Positions 58,401-64,000 of a stretch of 64,000 nucleotides of DNA are shown here, in pieces. The position numbers and the translations under genes are program-made. Below the pieces are notes generated by a model that had not been told where the DNA came from, did not search any database, and saw nothing but the letters and a program-made list of their open reading frames with translations. The stretch's first letter is position 1. Each line of letters opens with the position of its first letter. The DNA is from Candidatus Parcubacteria bacterium (GTDB lineage Bacteria; Patescibacteriota; Minisyncoccia; JAHIHE01; JAGLIN01). The stretch is taken from positions 22,142 to 86,141 of the forward strand of contig JAGLXN010000017.1 in NCBI GenBank assembly GCA_023132875.1, written 5' to 3'.

Positions 58401-58836
58401 GCAATTTAGCAAGATCACGGTTTAATTGTTTTAATTTTTCTTCCTTTCTCTCATTTTCTATTTCCAGTTCTTGAACTGATTCTATATTTTTCGGTTCTGT
58501 TTTTTCAGTTTCTACTTCTGGTTGCTCTGTTGATTCATTTGTTGTCACGCTTTTTATATTTCCATTAGAAAACTTTTCCTTCGCCTCGTTTATTTTAATA
58601 ATTCTTTCTGTTTTTAATGTTTCTATTCCTTTCGCCCAGCCTTTTGGTGTTTTTTCTCTTAAATCATCAATTCTTTCATCATATGATTTATTAATTTCAT
58701 ATAATTCTCTATTTAGCTCCTCGGCTTGTTTCGTTTTTATTGTTTCCTTACCTGAAAATTTCTTTTGTAAATCTGAAATATCAAATGTTTTTTCTTTTTT
58801 AGTTTTTCTGGCTGTTTCAAATTGATTTCTTCCCAT
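55465..58836 (-). CDS. Giant (1123 aa) Glu/Lys-rich coiled-coil protein, no signal peptide
   Basis: Continuous ORF with low-complexity heptad-like E/K composition. Confidence 0.5.
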   Translation of the reverse strand: MGRNQFETARKTKKEKTFDISDLQKKFSGKETIKTKQAEELNRELYEINKSYDERIDDLREKTPKGWAKGIETLKTERIIKINEAKEKFSNGNIKSVTTNESTEQPEVETEKTEPKNIESVQELEIENERKEEKLKQLNRDLAKLRREKEELGSPSLKEITGKRIEEIEKEIRALEESSGIFDEKDSLEEETTEPEDVKSVQEPEEEKTGPENRPVINETENEIEEEKWDELKDNVYEILKEEYEKSSDKKSYTKKIKNKIRDLTIENMDPKDKELLDSFNFKIKSRENKNEILTSYKVIGYGILSELEGKFESIEKTKEIEQEKPKTIIAKTEEEDIEKNWKNLEDSIKGAVEEEFEDGSSLREVYENEGKEKARESVKNSIDEDIKSILEDFKLEDNKENRKRINDIIMGLFDELLDKIEKGSGVQSIEAEGILEGSENNNEKYYELERERLEKMRSFLNEEKGEKIESNWKTALTILYEEIGSDYNLPDSLKAFNVHKKSEDSVLVCLYYENEIYYDIDIDFKENGINVAVEKNQAVQTEQPEILEKIPNTESEEDVRQMSPEKLDKEIEKIKKYLEDIEKEADGRSADISKIDKYQEFEEYLGLLISAKKIKEGSQEDKPEEDKTGEKPAKDKIKEPKKFELNEARKESLRKTIEIEKLRKENKDILSIPWEDLTDEERKIIERIEELEIGIVLDESSAIFTDHVRSLEEEIGKSVKEGILGARERCEDSFALLNATKMLKMGLEMKMQKSKKQRRTFPSVGKLGNAVKNAVRERLKDPFKKKEKAEKVKTISGVNEMFSRGKRKDLNSISEQGLANEFETVLEDIHCLSPDFNNKTEEIIKDAYTINIKNVLRRINAEDDIENKRRNIELFFEKSRIKIEKLPDDLNNPKEYLNKMLSKVEDIFKEKIRDKGESIRTNENQTNEQQDSDSNKFKIEIIEQLKNDEKAVQELGALVGFASFVNEGEKIGKLIKNGMEDSINNKKLKELLEKEGIKDLAVKEVKEIYDELKTYRDNLDSDQNDETEDNQVEIETAKKLEISRILLSNGVKTKDLDKIIKILELKLNKVSSDNQKLLKVVEIKDKINNEKHRQIIENILNKDKDLSIIDLKNIIEDVKTKK

Positions 58837-58945
58837 ATTTTTAACTTAAACTAATAAAATTTTATTTAAAATAAACCTCTTAATTTCTAACCCGCGTAAA
58901 CACTAAAGAATATCACAATTTTACAAAAATGTCAATACTTGAAAT

Positions 58946-58985
58946 TATTAACAATTTAACAATACAACAATGAAACAATGCAATT
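58946..58985. repeat. Repeat family C copy (ATTAACAATTTAACAATACAACAATGAAACAATGC)
   Basis: Seen directly; lies between the exchanger stop and the giant-protein operon start. Confidence 0.5.
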
Positions 58986-60007
58986 CAAACCACCCCAAAT
59001 ATCTTAGTCAGAAACAGAATATAAAGTACAAGATACATCATTCCTTCCCAATTATATATCTTTCTTGAGATGCCGGAAAATATATATAGAATCGTGGCGG
59101 CAATCAAAAATGGAATTCCTATGTAGAAAGTTGTGTCATCAACGTTAAGATCTGCTATAATCGCGGGAACGCCAACAACCATTAAAGCGTTAAAAATATT
59201 TGAGCCAAAAACATTTCCAAGAGCGATCTCGTATTTTTTCTTCATTGCCGCTCTGACAGAAACAACAAGTTCAGGAAGAGACGTTCCAATCGCCACAGCG
59301 CTCATAGCAATAACGGCTGTTCCAATATTTAAATTGTCAGCGATATTAATTAAAGATTCTACGGTATATTTTGCGCCGATATATATGAAAAAGGCGCTTC
59401 CTATTAAAGTAATAAAAACCCCAAGTTCTACTTTCGGCTTATAATTCCACAGTTTTTTTAAAAATCTAATTCTGCTTGCTTTTGTTGGAGGGAATATAAA
59501 TTCTTCATGGTTTTTACTAATTTCAGCTTCTTTGTGGTTTATTATAGATCTTTCTTTTCTTGAAGAAATAATATAAAAAAAATATATTCCATATGTCAAC
59601 AATAAAATAAAACCTTCAATTGAACTGACCTTTTTATCCATCAACACAAAAAATAAAATGGCTGTTGCGGTGGCGAGAAGAGGAAGATCAAGATTGATCA
59701 AGCTTCGTTTTATGCTCATTTTTCTTGCGACCACAGAAGCAACTCCAATAACAAGCAAAATATTCGCGATATTAGACCCGACAGCATTCGCAGTCACAAT
59801 TTCAGTCTGTCCCTCAAAAACCGCGATTATTGATGTCGCGAGCTCAGGAAGAGATGTTCCTATGCTAACAATCGCAACTCCAATAATAAAGGGAGAAATC
59901 TTCATTGATAAACCAATTTTCTCGCTGCTTTCCGTAAAAAAATCAGCTGACTTTATTAAAATTATCAAACTTACAATAAATACCGCTATCCAAAATAATA
60001 GATACAT
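58985..60007 (-). CDS. CaCA-family Na+/Ca2+ exchanger membrane protein (YrbG-like)
   Basis: Two alpha-repeats GTSLPEL; 10 TM. Confidence 0.75.
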   Translation of the reverse strand: MYLLFWIAVFIVSLIILIKSADFFTESSEKIGLSMKISPFIIGVAIVSIGTSLPELATSIIAVFEGQTEIVTANAVGSNIANILLVIGVASVVARKMSIKRSLINLDLPLLATATAILFFVLMDKKVSSIEGFILLLTYGIYFFYIISSRKERSIINHKEAEISKNHEEFIFPPTKASRIRFLKKLWNYKPKVELGVFITLIGSAFFIYIGAKYTVESLINIADNLNIGTAVIAMSAVAIGTSLPELVVSVRAAMKKKYEIALGNVFGSNIFNALMVVGVPAIIADLNVDDTTFYIGIPFLIAATILYIFSGISRKIYNWEGMMYLVLYILFLTKIFGVV

Positions 60008-60045
60008 AGTTTGTTTGGTTTATAAAATTTGTTATCAATATTAAA

Positions 60046-60729
60046 TCAAAGAGATCTGTCAGTTTTGCTTGCTGAAGGCGAAGGTGTGTTTCTTAAATCT
60101 GATCCTTTGCTTTTGTACTTATATGGATTACTTTGTCCTGTTATCCCTCTTTTAAGCTTATCAATATCTCTTTTTCCAAATTCTTTTCTCATTTTTTTTA
60201 TGTCAATTCCTTCTTCTGTTACTTTTTTAAATTTAGTTCCTGTAAATCTTTTACTTTTAAATCTTCTTGTAAATTCATCAAAATCCTTCTTTTTTAAAAC
60301 TGACTTTGTCGGATTATAAGCCTTTACGGCTCTTAAGAAGTCCATTTTTTTCTTCAAAGAAACTCCGTGCACTTTATGTAAGGCTTTTTCCATCTTCTTT
60401 GTTCCGCTTAAGCCAAAATCATTAAGCCTGTTATGCCTGAAAACTTTTAATTTATGATCATAGGTTTTTTTCTTTACCATGATTAGCTGGCCGCCTATCA
60501 TTTTTTGTTCTTGTTCGCTTTCTTTCTCCGGCTTTTTTTCTTTTTCCCTATCTTTTCTTGATCTCTCTACTGCTTCTTTTTTTCTTTCTTCATATTCTTC
60601 CCTCTCTTTTTCTAATCTATCTATTTCTTTTTGAAATTCTTTATTTTCCCTGTCCATTTTATTACTATTTTCTTCCTGACTTTCTATTCCACTATCGCTT
60701 TGTTCATTTTTTTTATCATCATCATCCAT
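60046..60729 (-). CDS. Hypothetical Glu/Lys-rich protein with basic C-terminus
   Basis: 227-aa ORF. Confidence 0.4.
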   Translation of the reverse strand: MDDDDKKNEQSDSGIESQEENSNKMDRENKEFQKEIDRLEKEREEYEERKKEAVERSRKDREKEKKPEKESEQEQKMIGGQLIMVKKKTYDHKLKVFRHNRLNDFGLSGTKKMEKALHKVHGVSLKKKMDFLRAVKAYNPTKSVLKKKDFDEFTRRFKSKRFTGTKFKKVTEEGIDIKKMRKEFGKRDIDKLKRGITGQSNPYKYKSKGSDLRNTPSPSASKTDRSL

Positions 60730-60856
60730 ATTTTTAATCTAAGCTATATTTAAGGCTAATTTCTATTAAATTATACCATTTATGGAGAAAAACGGCAATA
60801 GCAAATCATATAAACATTTGAACATATCTGAATGATAACTCATTGTTCCAAAGAAT

Positions 60857-61032
60857 TGTCATTCTGAACTCGTTTCAGAATCTTTCTGTTGCTACATTGA
60901 ACAATCCTATAAAGCATCAAACGCTTTACTAAATTGAAAATACAATAATTGTAATATGATTCTTGGCGTTGTTGCAAATAGGATAAATTATACCTAACAG
61001 AAAATAGATTCTGAAACAAGTTCAGAATGACA
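60857..61032. mobile_element. 176-bp MITE-like element flanked by inverted family-B hairpins (TGTCATTCTGAACTCGTTTCAGAATC ... GATTCTGAAACAAGTTCAGAATGACA)
   Basis: Both terminal hairpins seen directly in opposite orientation. Confidence 0.6.
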
Positions 61033-61050
61033 AAGCTAAATTAATTCATC

Positions 61051-62118
61051 CTATAATTCAATTTCACAGCAAAACTTTTTTAACGCTTCTTCTGAATAAT
61101 ATTTCAGCAATAATTTATTATACCATAAATCAAAAACATACTCTTGATTAGTTTTAGAAATAGCTCGTCCTTCTTTCTCTGAAAGTTCAAAATTAATTTT
61201 AGCCGCCGGAAAATCTTCAACTTTGAGTATTTCCAATCTCAGAGGTAAATTTTTACTAATTTTTCGAAGCTCAAACAAAAAACTTTCCAGTTTTTCTTTC
61301 GCTATTTTTTTATCATAGACATAAGCTGGAACATAAGCATAAAAATCAGCGCCCAAATCAATTAAAAATTTTGCGGCTTCAAACTGATTTTTATAAAACT
61401 TTTCTTTTGCCCCTGTTATCAGGCTAAAATCCTCTTTTACTGTTCCTTTAAAACATCCTACGATCCCGACATTTTTTTGGCTTAAAACTTTTTCAAGTTC
61501 ATTTTTTTGTTCTTTCATAATTTCTATGGCGGATAAATTCGTATCAATCCACAAATACGAGTCTTCAGATTTTTTCATCATCTCATTATAAAGATCAATA
61601 ACAATTTCAGGAATAATCATGCACTCTCCCCCGCTTATTCTTATTACATTCATTGCCTCTTTTGAATCTTTTTTTATTCTTAAAAATTCTTCAACGATTT
61701 CTTTAGCGCTGAAAAATCTTCCGTATCTTTTATCCGCCGAATTAAGTTCGCGAGGAACAAAACAATAGTTGCACGAATAATTGCATCCCGCGACTTGCAT
61801 CGTGAAAACTTTGCTAAATTCCGCAAGGCTTCTTTTTAGATTATAAGCTGCTGAATATGTCGGGTTTTGGAATTCAGTTCTTTTAAATCCATTCTTTCTC
61901 AGCCCCAAAAATTTATCAGACCATTTTTTCTTTTCGCTTGCCTTGACCCATCCCGGTTTATCAATATAATCTTTATATCTGAAATAATCAGTAAGAACTT
62001 TCCGTTCTCCCGGATCCTGCCCCGCTCCGCCAATTTTTGCAAGCAGATATTTATTATCTCTTATTAATTTTTTTCTGAGCATTCGCGCTCTTTGGCTTGG
62101 GTTAAACATAAAAATCAT
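61051..62118 (-). CDS. Radical SAM enzyme of unknown specificity with about 100-aa N-terminal extension
   Basis: CNYSCNYCF (CxxxCxxC) and ISGGE SAM-binding motif; the true start may be the second ATG (62109). Confidence 0.65.
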   Translation of the reverse strand: MIFMFNPSQRARMLRKKLIRDNKYLLAKIGGAGQDPGERKVLTDYFRYKDYIDKPGWVKASEKKKWSDKFLGLRKNGFKRTEFQNPTYSAAYNLKRSLAEFSKVFTMQVAGCNYSCNYCFVPRELNSADKRYGRFFSAKEIVEEFLRIKKDSKEAMNVIRISGGECMIIPEIVIDLYNEMMKKSEDSYLWIDTNLSAIEIMKEQKNELEKVLSQKNVGIVGCFKGTVKEDFSLITGAKEKFYKNQFEAAKFLIDLGADFYAYVPAYVYDKKIAKEKLESFLFELRKISKNLPLRLEILKVEDFPAAKINFELSEKEGRAISKTNQEYVFDLWYNKLLLKYYSEEALKKFCCEIEL

Positions 62119-62319
62119 TTTAACATATAAATAATTGCTATTTCATTTCTTTGGACGAGTCCTTAGTTTCATAAATTGTTCTATAAAATTATTCTGCATG
62201 TATTTGCAATCTGTTTCTTATTCTCCTATTCGCGCGAATTAGAGAATAGAAAACAAGAAATAAATTTTTTTATTGTTTTATTGTGCTAATTATGATATAG
62301 TTATTAAGGAGGGAATAAG

Positions 62320-62637
62320 TTGGCTCTAACCGTAGTAATTGAAAATTATACAAAACCAAAAAAAATAGTAACATTGGAAGATTTTCGTGGTTCAAAAAAC
62401 GATAAAAATATATGCGATCATTGCGGGAGAAAGGTTGATAAGGTTGATGATGAGAACAAACAAGAGCACGAATGTAAAACATGCCATAACAAATTTACGG
62501 GAAGAATATTGACATGTGTAAACCCAAGATGTAATCCAGTAATCTTTTTTTGGGAAGTAAAGGGTTTAACGGTAACAACATGTTCTCAATGTGGATTGAA
62601 TAATTGTAAAGAAGTTCTTCGCAATGTTGAAAACTAA
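62320..62637 (+). CDS. Small cysteine-rich (10 Cys, paired CxxC) zinc-ribbon-like protein with a canonical strong SD and TTG start
   Basis: AAGGAGGG 6 nt upstream of TTG at 62320; CDHC...CKTC...CVNPRC...CSQC. Confidence 0.45.
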   Translation: MALTVVIENYTKPKKIVTLEDFRGSKNDKNICDHCGRKVDKVDDENKQEHECKTCHNKFTGRILTCVNPRCNPVIFFWEVKGLTVTTCSQCGLNNCKEVLRNVEN

Positions 62638-62692
62638 AGTAGAAACATTTTGAAGGGTTTAATTCTACAACATTGGAATTTTAACCCTTTTT

Positions 62693-63532
62693 TTATTTTT
62701 TCAAAACCATCCACCCAAATTTTATCGTCGCGTTATAAATTCGTTTTATTCTTCGCGGATTCAAGATCAATCGCCACAGCCATTCCAATCCCAATTTTTG
62801 GAAAATCAATGGCGCGCGTTTGACTTCACCAGATATAAAATCAAACGATCCGCCGACTCCAATTGCCAGCTTTACGCTTGGCAATTTTTTTAAGTTCTCA
62901 TAAATCCATTCTTCCTGTTTAGGAACGCCAAACGCAACGAGTATTATATCTGGTTTTGTTCTATTTATCCGCTGAATTAATTCTTCATTTAACTTATGAA
63001 ACTTATTATTATAAGAATTTGGAATTTTTCCTCCCAAGGCGGACCAGCCTTTGGCTGGGAATTTGGAATTTTGAGATTTATTTGGTATTTGGTATTTGGT
63101 ATTTGGTATTTCAAACCACATTCCCTCCTCCGCGCCCACGATATTTAAACGATCATACTTTTTAGATAAAACTTTTGCGGCTTCTCCCGCTATCCCTTCT
63201 CCCGCTCCTAATAAATATATCTTTTTACCTTTTATAAGTTCAGATTCACAGATTTTATAAATTAAATTAATACCCGTAATTTTTTCGGGCAATGTTTTAT
63301 GATTTAAAAATTTGTTCGCAAATAAAATTCCTGTTCCATCCGGAATAATAATATCGGCTTCATTTATAATTTTTTTAAAGTGATTATTTTTTCGAGCTTC
63401 AACAACCATTTCTGGGTTTAGTGTTACAATATAATGTTGTTGATCCGATAATAAAAAACTCTTGATTTTTTCAAGAACTTCTTTTGTTGTAATCTTATTT
63501 ACTTTTACATCTAATATTTTTTCATAATTCAT
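62693..63532 (-). CDS. WecB/TagA/CpsF-family glycosyltransferase carrying an in-frame family A repeat insertion
   Basis: N-terminal WecB/TagA-like region IIIPDGTGI; insertion encodes EIPNTKYQIPNKSQNSKFPAKGWSALGGKIPNS. Confidence 0.65.
   Translation of the reverse strand: MNYEKILDVKVNKITTKEVLEKIKSFLLSDQQHYIVTLNPEMVVEARKNNHFKKIINEADIIIPDGTGILFANKFLNHKTLPEKITGINLIYKICESELIKGKKIYLLGAGEGIAGEAAKVLSKKYDRLNIVGAEEGMWFEIPNTKYQIPNKSQNSKFPAKGWSALGGKIPNSYNNKFHKLNEELIQRINRTKPDIILVAFGVPKQEEWIYENLKKLPSVKLAIGVGGSFDFISGEVKRAPLIFQKLGLEWLWRLILNPRRIKRIYNATIKFGWMVLKK
63015..63112. mobile_element. Repeat family A element (core CCTCCCAAGGCGGACCAGCCTTTGGCTGGG plus ATTTGGT x4 heptamers) in-frame inside the wecB-like gene
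   Basis: Core matches 15899, 36568 and 50467. Confidence 0.65.
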
Positions 63533-63556
63533 AATTTATTCTTTAAACCTAAGAAG

Positions 63557-64000
63557 CTAAGAAGCTAGCTCAAAACTCTCAACTAATTTATATTTTTCTA
63601 TGTTCGGCCTAAGCTGGCTTTCTATAATTTCTATGCTTTCGGCTTTAAATTTCATATTTTTTAAAACAATATTCGTTTGCTTTCCTTTGAGCTGATTTCC
63701 CCTGGCGCGCGCAAGAGTGATGTGCGGTTTGAATTCGCGATCTTCCATTTCAAATCCGTAAAATTTTAAGTTTTGTTCCATAGCGCGTTTTAGCTTTATA
63801 AGATTTGCGTCTATCAAAACCGTCGCCCAAAACATTCTTGCTTGAACAGGATCCGGTCCTAAAACTATTCTATCCAGACACATATCAAAAGGCTTAATTT
63901 CCGAAGCGGTTTTTTCAACCGCCAATAAAATTAATTCTAACTCTTTTCTGTCCACTTCTCCTAAAAATCTGACTGTTATATGCAGTTTATAAAAATTTGT
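63557..64000 (-). CDS. 2'-5' RNA ligase / 2H phosphoesterase (LigT/ThpR-like), N-terminus beyond the window edge
   Basis: Second H-x-T-x motif (HITLARARG) inside the ORF; the first (LHITVRFLG) is in-frame upstream of the GTG at 63955, with no stop before the edge. Confidence 0.6.
   Translation of the reverse strand, partial: TNFYKLHITVRFLGEVDRKELELILLAVEKTASEIKPFDMCLDRIVLGPDPVQARMFWATVLIDANLIKLKRAMEQNLKFYGFEMEDREFKPHITLARARGNQLKGKQTNIVLKNMKFKAESIEIIESQLRPNIEKYKLVESFELAS

Noticed and set aside
33840-59444. Many short opposite-strand ORFs inside ribosomal protein genes, secY, tuf, the ATPase and the giant coiled-coil gene (for example 33840..34034, 38111..38431, 40525..40995, 45988..46278, 55148..55612, 59133..59444)
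   Set aside because: Each lies antisense within a strongly supported conserved gene. They are F/L/I/S-rich translations of AT-rich complements.
62109-62118. Upstream in-frame ATG of the radical SAM gene (MIFM...)
   Set aside because: It is created by one extra T in the shared leader motif. rplO and rplP with the same leader start at the downstream ATG, so the shorter start is preferred (kept uncertain).
8286-63112. Heptamer and GAAT-core tandem arrays considered as CRISPR arrays
   Set aside because: Units are only 7-8 bp with no unique spacers, and no cas genes are present. Several arrays lie in-frame inside genes.
1-64000. rRNA genes
   Set aside because: No extended GC-richer conserved rRNA-like stretch is present.

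Overview
AT-rich (about 30% GC) chromosomal segment, read with the standard genetic code, from a streamlined bacterium that looks like a CPR/Patescibacteria lineage: start codons lack Shine-Dalgarno motifs, rpsE is followed directly by rplO with no rpmD (L30), and several r-proteins are zinc-ribbon variants. Gene content left to right:
- SIS isomerase, tRNA-Leu(CAA), parA-parB, greA, and lysS fused in one ORF to a C-terminal HD phosphohydrolase, followed by a RibL-like HxGH nucleotidyltransferase and serS.
- A cell-envelope cluster: alpha/beta hydrolase, a membrane-anchored MurF-like ligase, a Zn-ribbon protein, a DegT aminotransferase, FemAB-like and FtsQ-like proteins, then gltX and a PcsB-like coiled-coil C39 peptidase.
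- A low-density hypothetical island carrying a tyrosine-integrase remnant.
- thiI-iscS, a deaminase, galT, ruvX, a GT2 glycosyltransferase, then map-adk-gmk-secY and a complete spc/S10 ribosomal operon (rplO through rpsJ) plus tuf.
- A secreted HExxH protease with three near-identical tandem repeats, then tRNA-Gly(UCC).
- A minus-strand operon of Glu/Lys-rich coiled-coil proteins ending in a membrane-anchored VirB4/VirD4-like ATPase.
- A CaCA exchanger, a radical SAM enzyme, a Cys-rich protein, a WecB/TagA transferase and a partial LigT.
The most striking property is the density of short palindromic or tandem repeat families (at least six). They fill intergenic spacers, including spacers inside the ribosomal operon, and several copies are inserted in-frame into essential genes (gltX, thiI, the murF-like ligase, the wecB-like transferase), in the manner of Rickettsia palindromic elements.
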